Of a stretch of DNA of 64,000 bases, positions 41,770-54,761 are shown in pieces. The position numbers and the translations under genes were made by a program. The stretch's first letter is position 1. Each line of letters starts with the position of its first letter. This DNA comes from Eledone cirrhosa (Eukaryota). The DNA lies in assembly GCA_964016885.1 (NCBI GenBank), contig OZ024743.1:117304001-117368000 (forward strand), given 5' to 3'. The notes below the pieces were generated by a model. The model was not told where the DNA came from. It saw only the letters and a list, made by a program, of their open reading frames with translations, and did not search any database.

Positions 41770-43268
41770 CATTTATATTTTGTGGTTTACTAGTGTTTAG
41801 AACTTGTCATTCGAGATGGTTCGCCCTAACAATAACACACTTTCACGAGCCATCTCCGGTCTTGAGGATGTCACCAGGGTCTTGCCTCATGATCGGATGA
41901 ATTAAATTCCTCATTAAAATATGTATAGTGTGTTTTGCAACATTCAAATTTTAAAGGGATGTCTCCAGTCAGGCCTTCTGTTGCTTTAAATATATAAATA
42001 AATACATACATATATGCGACTAAATAAATTATATTTCCTTTGTGTATATCAAATCAATTATGGCTGTGGTGAATGCATAAAGAAAATAAATATATAAGAC
42101 TGCTTACCAAATATTTGTTCTCGACGTCTTCTTTGTAGTGTGTAGCATAGTTAACCAGTTAAAAAGGTTATGGTACAATTTTCCAGGAGAAAATCACCGA
42201 GTGTTTAAAGGTATATATATATATGGTACCAGGAAACACTGGAAAAACTAGCCAAGAAGAAGTAGACAGAAAATGAAATTTATTTGCAGACAGGAATTGT
42301 CCTCTCTGCAGAATTCTTCCGATACTATCCTTTGAAACTTGAACTCCTTGGCAATGGCACTAATTGACATTCCGGAGTTCCTGTTGATAATTTTCAGCAC
42401 CTTTCGTACAAATTCGTGTATTCAGGTAACATTGGGACCTTTAGTAGGAGTTTTACGTTTGGGTACTGCTATAGAACCCCCGCCAGTGACTTACGGCACT
42501 TTTCAAACGTTGACAACAAGCGATACTTTTAAATGCGATGCATAAAAACGATCCTTTTAAATTTAATAATGCTTTTAAACAGCGTATTAACTTTTCATAT
42601 GAATATCAGTCTCTTTCTAAATCTGATCCTATCCATTAAGATATGGGATACATTTTAATTCCGATAAATATTTAAATAAAACTAACAAGCAAGTTTTCAG
42701 TCCATGTCAAGGAACATGCTTTTATCATAAAATATCTCATAATATGACTAGAATCTGTCCTATTTATATAAATCTAGAATGTTTACATACAAGCTGATTT
42801 ATAGTGATATTGTCGGAGGTTGACAGGAAACATTAATATAAATATATGACGGATTTAAAAGAAATTCTTCGGCATTCTGTGAATTTATATATGACGTTTG
42901 AATAGCGGAGAACATATGGCGCACAATTCAATCCAATAATGACATTCGCTGATTGTTTTCAATTGCTGAATTTAGCAGTCATTTATGAAGGAAAGGGTGA
43001 AACAACTTGAAAAAAGAAGATTAAGTAAAAAAATAACTTTAAAAAGTGACGAAAATCTTAAAGATGAGGTTCATAGAACAGATAAGAGACTAACGAAAGA
43101 AGAAAGAAAATGAGTGAGATATAAGTAAAGAGGCTACACTATTAACTGGTCATATCTCTTAATTAGACTACACGCCAGATAAAACAACAGAAATCGGTAT
43201 TTATTTAGTCCTTATCATTATAATATATTTACCATAAAAAAGTTTTACTAATGTTTTTTTCATGACAG

Positions 43269-43307
<39 letters not shown>

Positions 43308-43494
43308 TGTTTAATATAAGGAACTGTTTCATTGTTTTATTCATTATTTTTTTTATATTTTATCTTGACTCTGTATTCCGTTTATCTTTCACCGAAAGTG
43401 ATTTTTCATTGCATCTCTTCTTTCCATGATATCCGGATTACATTGAGTTCTTCATACGGATTGGACACTACCGTAAACTCTTGGTAGATTTATC

Positions 43495-43541
<47 letters not shown>

Positions 43542-43719
43542 AGAGAAAGGGTTTTATTTTTAAATTTCATTTTATTATATAATTCATTTTACGTATTACA
43601 AAGATGCAAAGGTTTATTTAGAAAAGAGGGAATAAAGTTCGATGTGGAGACAGGACCACAAAGGATAAATTCAGAAAATATAAGGTAGTCCGCATAAAAA
43701 ATAAAAAACGAAAAAAATA

Positions 43720-43897
<178 letters not shown>

Positions 43898-44314
43898 CAT
43901 ATATAATTAATTAAACTAAACACTTAGTGAGTAAACTTCAACTGAATAACAGCCAAATTAAGATCCTATAGGAATCGTAATACGAGAGAGATGGACGTAC
44001 AGCTAGTCACCTATACCATTTAAATAACCTATAAATGTAGTTTATTCCTATTACAGTAGTTTGTTAGTCTTAACTTAGACTTCCTCACATTTAAATACAT
44101 AAATATTTAAATTCAATAATAAATTTCATAATTAGACGGCATAAGATTTTAATAACAGTCTGACCATCTCAAAATATAACAATGTGTATATATGTATAAT
44201 ATATACACAAATACACACACACACACACATACACACTCACGGACGCACACACAAACACACACGTACATACAAACACACACGCACACACACACACACACAC
44301 ATATATATATTTAC

Positions 44315-44377
<63 letters not shown>

Positions 44378-44504
44378 TATATACAGTATATATATATATA
44401 TATATATACGTAAACCTGACCGGTATTGCTCCAACCAGTTTATTCACCATCGATAACTAGCCTAAACTTACTTACCCACACACTACACATACATGCATAC
44501 AGTG

Positions 44505-44536
<32 letters not shown>

Positions 44537-44819
44537 CGTGTGTGTGTGTGTAAAAGGTAAAGAGAAATAACAAAACAAACGGCTCAGTATACAGAAAGAA
44601 TATATTAGTTTAACGCTTGAAATAAGAATGAGAAATTAAAGAAGAAATAGAATGATTGAGGGGACATGCAGGCTGAATCTTAAAACTTTTTCCAGAGAAA
44701 AATAACTGGTCCATTCATGTTGCCATCTCTTGGGTGGTGGGGGTGGGGTATATATATATATATGTGTGTGTATGTGTATATATACATATATATATATAAA
44801 TATACATATATTTATATAT

Positions 44820-45018
44820 AGCAAAATGTTTAACCCCGACGGCAGAGCACGAAGCCGTTTCGACGGCTATTTCTGGACACAGAGTCCAGAAATAGCCGTC
44901 GAAACGGCTCGAGCTCTGCTGTCAGGGTTAAATATTTTCCTTTTACCCACTCTACTACCCTAAGTATTGAGTACTCTGGTGCGTTATGGTCCATCTGGTT
45001 CCTTACCACACCTGCTTC

Positions 45019-45022
<4 letters not shown>
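44820..45022. mobile_element. Hairpin element, family F
   Basis: ttaaccccgacggcagagc...gtttcgacggctatttctggac-acaga-gtccagaaatagccgtcgaaacggc...gctctgctgtcagggttaa. Confidence 0.8.
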
Positions 45023-45076
<54 letters not shown>

Positions 45077-45107
45077 CATATATACACACACACAGACATA
45101 CACACAC

Positions 45108-45176
<69 letters not shown>

Positions 45177-45401
45177 GGAGGTGAGTTTTATTGTAGTACA
45201 ATAAAGCAATGCAGATATCGGATAAGAAGCACTCTACAGTTTGTAGGACTGGAGTATACATAATATAAGAACAAAAGATGGTTAAAGGAGTTCCATGTAT
45301 TTTATTATGCGCATTTCAAAAACAAACATCATCATGCAATAATGTTGATTTAAAACTGCACTATCCACAAGTGTTTTTTAGCCTTCATATCATGTTCTCC
45401 T

Positions 45402-45470
45402 GTTTTATCTGATGAAAACACAAATATTATTGCATGATGATGTTTGTTTTTGAAATGCGCATAATAAAAT
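45402..45470 (+). ncRNA. Apparently intact type-I hammerhead ribozyme (family E)
   Basis: gttttat-CTGATGA(45409)-aaacacaaatattat..atgatgtttgttttt-GAAA(45452)-tgcgca-TA-ataaaat; inside inverted repeat 45261-45508. Confidence 0.85.
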
Positions 45471-45755
45471 ACATGGAACTCCTTTAACCATCTTTTGATC
45501 TTATATTATATATATATATATATATATACATATAAATATATATATAAAATAAGATAAATTAAATATAAATAAACATAAGTAAACAAGAAAATATAATTAT
45601 TAGTCAATGAATAACAATATATTTTTCATTTTCTAGACATAACTTTTGTTTAAGCCTCCGTACCAGCAGAGGTAGTGGTGAATGAATCAGAAAGTATATA
45701 TATAATTGTATTGATATTTGAATTTTTCCAGTTTGAACAATTAGATATAATTTAG

Positions 45756-45924
45756 AGGGTCGGATGGACGCCATGCTTTGACGGATAGTGTTACGGTCAT
45801 TGCCATTCTGAGTTCAAATCCCGCCGAGGTTAACTTTGCCTTTCATCCTTACAGAGTCGATAAAATAAAGTACCAGTAATGCACTGGGTATTGCTGGCCT
45901 TGTGCCAAAAGTAGAAACAATTAT
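45756..45924 (+). mobile_element. tRNA-derived SINE
   Basis: Same family as 12141. Confidence 0.85.
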
Positions 45925-46694
45925 TTAGTTTACGCTATAGAATGGAATGTTTTCAAATTAAGCCAGTGAACATTACACACAGAATTTGAAAACTTTAAAA
46001 ATGTTTTATTAAGGCTGCAATAAAGGAAAATACGTTTGTCGTAGATTGATCTGTCTAATTTAATCTGTTACATTTAGAAAATTTTCCATTTATGGGAGAA
46101 TATAAAAAAGCCCGCAAATATATGAAAAGTGGAAAAAAAAAAGCCTCCTGTCAGCTGCAGAACACCACTTGAGATTGCGATAAAAGTTACATTCCCGATC
46201 AATGCTACATTCCTTACTACCCCCACCCTCCCCCACTAATGTCTTATGTAAAGAATGTACACCATAACACCAATTTGCCTGCAATGAAATTAACTTGATA
46301 TATGGCATATAGCTATTTTGCCTTCACGTATGCACCGCCACAAACAAGCAGGTATAAAGGTATAAAGTACCAGTAACTACTGAAACCAGTTCTACAAGGT
46401 CATTACACAAGCATATGTATTGATTACTGAACGTTAGTAAATATTCTAGTACAAGTGGAACTCAAGGTCTATTATAAAAATTGATAAAAACTTATGGAAT
46501 ACCCATGATAGAAGCGAAATATATGATTTGATAGATGGTACAGAGAAAACCACGGTATATTAATACACTCATTGATTTTGCTATGTTTATTTGTCAAAGC
46601 AACGCAAGTACAAATATTCTTCAATGATAATTATCAGCTTTGAAAATAAATTTGTTTCAATATGACGTGTTTGAGAAAGAATATTCCTGCATAT

Positions 46695-48958
46695 ACATCT
46701 ACCCCCATCCCACCAGACCCCACCACACCAAACATCTCCGTCCCCACCGTGCCGGAAACCACCACCCACCCAGACAACCCCTCCAACACCCCCATGGAAA
46801 TCGTGCAGCCTGGTCCCCAGGAGACGAAGAGTGAGTGATTTATTTTCCTCTTTTAACTTTTCAGCACCAACATGGCCAATATAAGAGTTGGATGTGTGAA
46901 CGTACGCGGCTTGGGGATGCCCTGGAAACAGGGCAAACTCTTAAACGACCTCAGGTCGCACAGTATGGATGTAGTAGCCATTTGCGAGTTCAGGATCAAT
47001 AGCGAGCGACAGCTAGCCTCCATCTTCGATGACTTTGAGATCTACGCATCTCTCTGTCAGCCGGGGGTGGGGGCGGGGTTGCCGTTTTGCTGGGAAAACA
47101 CCTGGGCTTCGTAACACAGACGGTACATCTGGACACGCATGGTCGACTGGGAGTCCTAGACGTTGACGGTAGTGAAGGTGGAGCCTTCAGGCTGGTGGCT
47201 GCATATGCCCCATCCGGGACACCGCGGCCAGACTTCTTCAAACGTCTAGAGACTGTTATGGGAACGTCCTGCTCCTTGCTTTTAGTGGGTGACTGGAATG
47301 GAATCCTAGATGCACGTCGGGACTATGTGGGAGCATGTCCCGATAAAAGGGGGGTGTAACAACCTCAAACAGTTAATCGACCGATTTGACCTGGCCGATA
47401 GATATCGACTAGATTTTCCGACTGTGCCACTGTGGACGTGGACTAATCTTAGCGGAACATCTAGATCGTACCAAGATAGGGTTCTAGTTAGAAAGAAGGA
47501 TAGGGACATGTTAAGCTGTCCACAAATGTTCATGGTTGCCTATTCAGATCACAAATTAGTGACCTGCTTAGTCAAACTTGACAAAACCCATAGACAGGGA
47601 CCCGGCTACCGGAAGCTGAACTTGTCGTTACCGACATGCAAAACCTACAGTAGACGGATTAGCACTTTATTTAAGCAGCACTTGACGGGGGCCATTGTCA
47701 ACAACAGATGGTGGTACTCTCTCAAGAGGGCAGTTAGATTAGACTCGATAGGTTTTAGTAAAGAATTAGTGTTAGATAGAACTAAAACCGGAAAGGAACT
47801 GGTAGATAAATAGAGAGGCACTTGGGAGTAGCAACGTAGCCAGCGTGCTAGCGACGAGAACGGCATTGGACCAGTTCTTCGACGCAAAGCATGAAGGCTG
47901 CGTTGTCAGATGCAAAATACGGGCTCTGGGAAACGAGGGAGCCAAAGCTGTTAGCTGGGCTCGAGTGACGGAAGCAAAAAGTGGCAACAAGTCCACGATT
48001 CGGTCTTTGAAGGACCAAGACAGACACGTGATACGTGAACCGAAGCAGATGTGCGCGGCCTTTCAGCGGCACTTTGCTCAACTGTTCGGGCAGGGCAGCG
48101 CGCCGGGAGAGGCTATGGATTTCGGTCCATACCTCGACGGCGTAGAGGACAACGAACTAGCAAGTCTGTTCGGTAGGACCTTCCGCCCGGGACCAATGGA
48201 CAACTTCCAAAAGTCCCCGGCCTGGTATTGCTACCGAGGAGCTCTACCAGTTCGAGATAAGCTCTACAGACACGGGCGCCCGGGCAGGGACCCTTCGAAA
48301 AAGATCTGCCCGAGATGCGTGTGCCACTAGGAAACCGTAGCGCACGCATTTGTACACTGCCCGGGCGTTACCGAAAGGTGGGGCTATGTAGAACGACTAT
48401 TGTCGCGGGTGGGACCAATCCAGTTGACCACCGAATCCATTGTCATGATCAAACCGCCACCCTCCTTCAAAAACGAAGGAGAGGCGGTTTTCCTATGTGT
48501 AATGGCTATGGTAAAAGAGGTTATATGGTGGACGAGGTTAAAAGGGCTGATGTCAGGCACCTTTCTCTCCGGCGAGCAACTGATTCGTTTTTCAAATATC
48601 ATTTTGGAAGAAGAATCAGGATGGAGAGAGAGGTGCTGTACCCCAGCAAATGTTATAAAAGGTGGGTAAATGTGACAAAGATGGCCCGAGTGGTTGGGCC
48701 TTCTCTCTATATAAGCCTATAGGTTGAGGAAAAAGAGGAAGAGAGGAAGGGAGTACTCACTCTTGGTGTTCCTGGAGCTGAGGGTTGTACATTTTTTCGG
48801 GGTGTGTTCAACACCTGTACAACCCCTGTGTAACCCCTATTGGGGATTTCAATTGTTATTTGTTATTTTATTAATAGTTTTATTTTCATATACCTGTATG
48901 TAAACTCTCTATTTGTAGTTGTCCCCTTCTTTTGTGCCCTTGTGGCTAATAAAGAAAT
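46695..48958 (+). mobile_element. Tx1 (L1-clade) LINE, ORF2 with the RT core deleted
   Basis: APE endonuclease motifs (GCVNVRGL, DVVAICE, AYAP, LVGDWN, TWTN..SYQDR, SDH); linker joined near 48135 to the C-terminal RGALPV..CPRC..ETVAHAFVHC; 3' UTR ends cccttgtggctaataaag. Confidence 0.88.
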
Positions 48959-49265
48959 TTATCTATCTATCTATATATATCTATTTATCTGTCTGTCTGT
49001 CTGTCTATATATCTCTCTATCTATCCATTACTCACTTAGTCGCTATCTTCATCTCTCTATCTCTCAGATGCGAGATACAAGTTGGCATAGCCACACGTTT
49101 CTCCAACTCTTCTGACTTTCGAAAATCATGAAACTTGTGAAACCGGTAAGATTATTATAATTTATTGTAAATAATCCCTCTGAACGACTCCAATTGCATT
49201 TTCAAATTCCCGTTACCCATATATATATACTCATGTGTTACTTTTCTACATTCGATATATATATT

Positions 49266-49407
<142 letters not shown>

Positions 49408-49970
49408 TGTGTGTGTGTACAGACAGACAGACACACACACACATATGCGTAATGATTTGCTACATTATGTAAACAAATAAAAACCGTATATTCAACAAAA
49501 CGTTTGTTTTGCATGAAAACAATATCCAACACACACATAGGACTTTATAAAGTAACTTGTAATGTCTATTTAATTATCACTATTATCCGTGTTCACAAGT
49601 GTGACCTTTCCCTTGTAGGAGATATAATGAAACCATATCTCGTGAAATATATTGTTATGCCAGGTGTATTTGTCTCATTGCGCCACATCATTACGTTGCT
49701 CGTAGTGGGACATTATCATTCTTGCGGTATTCACATGTTAACAACATATGTTATAAGAATAACAAACGAAAGAAAATGAAACCGGAATGAATAGAATTAA
49801 CCAAGTAAAAACAAAACAAAACATACATTGCATTCCAAACCAATTATTGTTTTATAGTTTTTTAAAGTCATTCTATTGCTGTGACCTTTTATGTTTAATT
49901 GTTATCTTTGCGTGTATACCTATCTATCTATCTATCTCTTCCTCTCTCTCCCACTCCCCCCTCTCTCTCT

Positions 49971-50038
<68 letters not shown>

Positions 50039-50231
50039 GTGTGTATGCGTGTGTGTGAGTGTGTGTAGGTGGGTGTATATATATATATTTATATATATAA
50101 CCAGAAGGGATATTCAATTTGTTGGTAATTCAACAAATGTAAATGTTTATAACTGATTCAGAGCACTCGACAATTTTGTATAATATTAAATGATATTAAA
50201 TAAATGGAAACTATATTTATGAAAACATATT

Positions 50232-50292
50232 TATTCTATTATATATATTTCAAGGGTAGCAAAGCTTTGGTACGCTATCATCAGATAAAATA
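50232..50292 (-). ncRNA. Type-I hammerhead ribozyme (family A-like); mirror copy at 50384-50444 on plus
   Basis: tattttat-CTGATGA-tagcgtaccaaagctttgctaccctt-GAAA-tatata-TA-atagaata; mirror copy has CTGAGGA. Confidence 0.7.
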
Positions 50293-50542
50293 CGAAGTGT
50301 GTTTTATAAATTTTGACATAACCAAGGATAACTTGAACCGTTAGGGTATATTTTCCTTGTCCAAATTTATAAAACACACTTCGTATTTTATCTGAGGATA
50401 GCGTACGAAAGTTTTGGTACCCTTGAAATATATATAATAGAATAAATATGATTTCATAAATATAGTTTCCATTTATTTAATATCATTGTATATATATATT
50501 AAAGTTTTAGCAAAGAATCGCTGATTTCACCCTTAACGGGAT

Positions 50543-50575
<33 letters not shown>

Positions 50576-50579
<4 letters not shown>

Positions 50580-50727
50580 ATACTTTGGGAGGGTCATGTT
50601 GCCAATAAGAAACACACGCACCACATGCTTTCACTTCAATTTATTATATATTTATAAATTTATAAATTTACAAATCTACAAATTTATAAATTTCTGGTTG
50701 GTTGGTTGGTTCCACAACCAGATAGTT

Positions 50728-50785
<58 letters not shown>

Positions 50786-50932
50786 AACTATCTGGTTGTA
50801 GAACCAACCAACCAGAAATTTATAAATTTGTAGATTTGTAAATTTATAAATTTATAAATATATAATAAATTGAAGTGAAAGCAACTGGTGCGTGTGTTTC
50901 TTATTGGCAACATGACCCTCCCAAAGTATAAC
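50576..50932. repeat. Palindrome with ~150-bp arms centred on a (TA)n tract
   Basis: tgttatactttgggagggtc...gatagttgtt (TA)n aacaactatc...gaccctcccaaagtataaca. Confidence 0.9.
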
Positions 50933-50989
50933 AGCATCGGTTTCAACACACGGTTTCAGATAAAGAATCTTGCTAAACAAATTCAGAAA

Positions 50990-51060
<71 letters not shown>

Positions 51061-51103
51061 GACACACACATCTATATCTATATATGCGCACTCACACATA
51101 TGT

Positions 51104-51175
<72 letters not shown>

Positions 51176-52005
51176 TGATAGAGTGTCAAACTGATGATAT
51201 AAATGTACGGCATGTAGGCGTATTATTTTCGCAAATATTTCTGCTGTTTAATAATAGAGCTCTCTAGATTTTCATAATTTCAATTTTCGGTTGTTAACCG
51301 AAGGTTTGGTGGCTCATATTCATCCAGCGACGTTATGTTTTTGAATCAGTGAGGAAATCAGTAAGTATATTTAGATCTAGAGCTCTTATTTAGAAGTATA
51401 ACATTAAAAGATGATGAAATGGATTTCCGTGATATAGATTTTTTTTTTGGTTTACATTACGTTACACTTACCATCTCAAATGGTTTGCATTTCATAAAAA
51501 GTATAAAATACAATCTGATCATCATCCGATATAGCATATGAAGCGTAAACTTTAGGGAAAAAATATGTATTGGTTTAAAAATATAATGTATATTATATTT
51601 ACTTTCGTGAATAATTTTAGTAAATATTCATGCGGCGCGATTCATTAAACTGACTAGCTCCGTTGGTACATACCCGCTCTTTTAATATCTGGGTAGAGGG
51701 TTCGAGCTCAACGTTGGGAGAAACAGGTAATTATATAGCGATATCTTTATTTTATTATTTAAGTTGATTTTATGTTTAATTTTTCGGTCATAAAAAGAAG
51801 ACATTTATTATTTTGTAAACTCAAAAAAAGCATCAGCTATGTTCATACGGAAAAGGTGAGTTTGTGAAAATATATTTCTCATACCAAAAAAGACGTATAT
51901 TGTATGGAAATATCAGCTATATAGTATATGAATTTTAAATATGTTTTCAAATTTACAAACCTATTTGTGTAAGTACTAGATATCCGTATATTTAGTAAAA
52001 AGTTT

Positions 52006-52078
52006 ATGCGGCAATCTCAGTCAGTACAGCATGAGACACTTAATGTCAGAGTGGTGTGTTTGAGCCCCACCTTGTGTG
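52006..52078 (+). pseudogene. tRNA-Lys pseudogene (another remnant at 51648-51720)
   Basis: ctcagtcagtacagcatgagacacttaatgtcag...gagccccac. Confidence 0.65.
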
Positions 52079-52538
52079 AAAAAGGTATTGTTTTCATAAT
52101 TTTATTTTTAATTTGTCATTCATTGTACCTGTACAGTTCGAAATGGCATATGTATATATCATGATCAATTGATATTCATCCTAAATATCTAATAGCAAAG
52201 CGAAATTTTCAGTGAGTTTTCACAACCTTCATATATACTTATGAAATTATTTTGCTATAGGTATCATATGATTTTACTAATATTGATTTTACAATAGAGA
52301 AATTGCAGCAGAAAAAAAGCAAGTTCAATTCAAATGTAAATTTATTACATGAAAAAAGCTCGTTTCTTAATCATGAATGATTATATTTCTCGCAGTATTT
52401 GTTTAATATATTTATATTGTGACGATACTGATGTAATTATGCCGTCAAATATATAGGTTATAGATATATAGCCGAAATGACTCAGTTGAACAGTCTAAAC
52501 GAAACTCTGTATATATATAAGAATATCTTGAAAGAGCA

Positions 52539-52612
52539 GATTCTGTGACGCAATCGGTTAACGCGTTCGTCTGTTAAGCGAAAGGTTGGTTATTCAAGTC
52601 CAGTCAGGGCCG
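52539..52612 (+). pseudogene. tRNA-Asn(GTT) pseudogene
   Basis: Diverged copy of the array Asn gene; preceded by an ~18-nt Phe stub at 52471. Confidence 0.75.
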
Positions 52613-52945
52613 TAATGATGTATTTTTGCTATAGAAACCTTACAGGAAATCTGTATGTTAAAGTTTACATTTTGTATTTAGAAATATTTGAAACACTCAT
52701 ACATGTCTAAATGTATTACCCTAACATACAACTTTGCTTTACATTACGATAACCTTTTCATCTCTACTGGATTGTATTTTATACAAAATGTTCATATTTC
52801 TAACTTAACCAAACACTGACCATCATCTGATGGAACATATAAAGTGTATATTAAAAAGAAATTCTAATGATTTAAGAATCTAAAGTAGATTATATTTATT
52901 TCTGTTTAAATTATTTCGTAAATATAGATACAGCACGGATCATTA

Positions 52946-52985
52946 ACCCGACTAGCTCAGTCGGTAGAACAGGAGACTCTTAATC
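52946..52985 (+). pseudogene. 5' half of tRNA-Lys(CTT), cut just after the anticodon loop
   Basis: acccgactagctcagtcggtagaacaggagactcttaatc|acggtatgacc. Confidence 0.85.
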
Positions 52986-53470
52986 ACGGTATGACCATCT
53001 TCCCGTACCGCGGTGGCAAACTCCTCGTCTGGGTTGCCACTTGCAGCGACACTTTCTCCAGCCGCAACCTGGTGCAGTCTGCGACTAACCCAGGTACAGC
53101 TGCACATCGGGCTGAGTAGGCCAAACTCTCCAAGTACCGATCACTCACCGATAGGTTCGCGGTCGTGTCCTTGGCAGTGGAGACTTCTGGTGCCCTTGGC
53201 ACTAGGGCTACCTCACTATTCATCACCATAGGGAGTGAGCTGGTCAGCCGTAAGTGTGAGCCTTGCAAGCTGGAATGCCTCTTCCAGCGCATCTCCTTTA
53301 CCATCCTCCGAGGAAACGCCTTCTCCATCCTGTCTGCCAGGGCTGTGGGGAGACCAGGACATGGCACCCCATTTGCTCACCATACGAATTAATAGGCATA
53401 ACTATTGTAAATAAACCAACCTAATTAATGGTAAAAAGAAAAATTACATATTAGTTACGAATCTGTGTCT
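52986..53470 (+). mobile_element. 5'-truncated CRE-clade non-LTR retrotransposon (endonuclease C-terminus + 3' UTR)
   Basis: GMTIFPYRGGKLLVWVATCSDTF...AVETSGALG...LFQRISFTILRGNA; homologous to 57600-57750. Confidence 0.85.
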
Positions 53471-53567
53471 GATTTAAAAGAAATACTAATGATTTAAAAG
53501 TCTAAATTAGATTATATTTATTGCTACTTAAATTCTTTCGTAAATATACATACAGCACGCATCATTA

Positions 53568-53640
53568 ACCCGTCTATCTCAGTCGGTAGAGCACGCGACT
53601 CTTAATCTCGGGTTCGTGTTTTCGAGACCCAAGTTGAGAA
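53568..53640 (+). pseudogene. tRNA-Lys(CTT) pseudogene
   Basis: ctcagtcggtagagcacgcgactcttaatctcggg...; T arm degenerate. Confidence 0.75.
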
Positions 53641-54154
53641 AGGTATTATTTTCATGATTTATTTTTTAAATTGACATTGACATTACCTATAACTTAGGAA
53701 ATAAATGTATGGCATAATTATATAAAAAGCTCGTTTCTTAAGCACGCTTTTTTCTGTAAATAGTCAAGGGATCTCTAAATGTGTGAAAAAGACAGAAATT
53801 TTCAATCTGCAGAAAAATATAGAAATTTTTAATCGGACATTATGATATTAATATTCCAATAATTTCACATAAACAACAAGCAAATTATATCACAGTGTTT
53901 TATGAGATCTAGCGGTAATTCCTGAGTAGAACCGTGTGGAAATGGAAGCACCAATGGAAACATACATTTTAAATCTCTGAAGCCGTTTATGAAAGTATTG
54001 AAGAAGACAAGAAAACACACTTCGATCTTCCGGCGTGGAAGAGGCTCCTATCAGAAGAAACCGAATCATCATTTTTCTTACCTGTTGTACAAACCTGGCT
54101 GGACACAGAACACTGCACAAACATTCTAAACGTTCTATAGAGTTATGAAATAAT

Positions 54155-54331
54155 TGATTCTACTTTTGGCACAAGGCCAGCAATTTCCCAGTGTATTACT
54201 GGTACTTTATTTTATCGACCCCGTAAGGATGAAAGGCAAAGTTAAACTCAGCGGGATTTGAACTCAGAATGGCAAGGGCCGTAACTCTATGCGTCAAAGC
54301 ATGGCGTCCGACCCTCTACCGATACTGCCAA
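54155..54331 (-). mobile_element. tRNA-derived SINE
   Basis: Same family as 12141. Confidence 0.88.
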
Positions 54332-54761
54332 TTCACATGAAATAATATATATGAATAAGCCATAGATGACGAACATCATTAAGTAATGTCAGTTTCATGA
54401 GGGGATAAAACGCCTCCATCCTTTTGAAGGAAAAAAAAAATGCAAATGAGTCTATAAATCCTGGAAAACTGTAAGTCCGGTATTTGAAAAAAACAAAAAC
54501 AAAAACAAAAAAAAAACACAAGGGATTGACACTCCAAATCCACTATTCTCCTTTTACTTTGCTCCACTTTTCAAGTTAAATGACACGACGGTTCAGTTAT
54601 ATTCAAATATTGTAAGCGCCTCCATTGAGAATATCGTTACGATGTTTGCGAAAATGTAAAACAAATATTTATATCCCAGACAGAAATGTTAACTTTATTT
54701 CTATATACTTTTTTTTTATATAATAGTCTGCTGGTGGATTTTGTATTTCGCTCTATACCTT

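Noticed and set aside
42290-42425. Possible Tc1/mariner helix-turn-helix remnant (NRNSGMSISAIAKEF, minus strand)
   Set aside because: Too short and degenerate to call, and no TIRs seen
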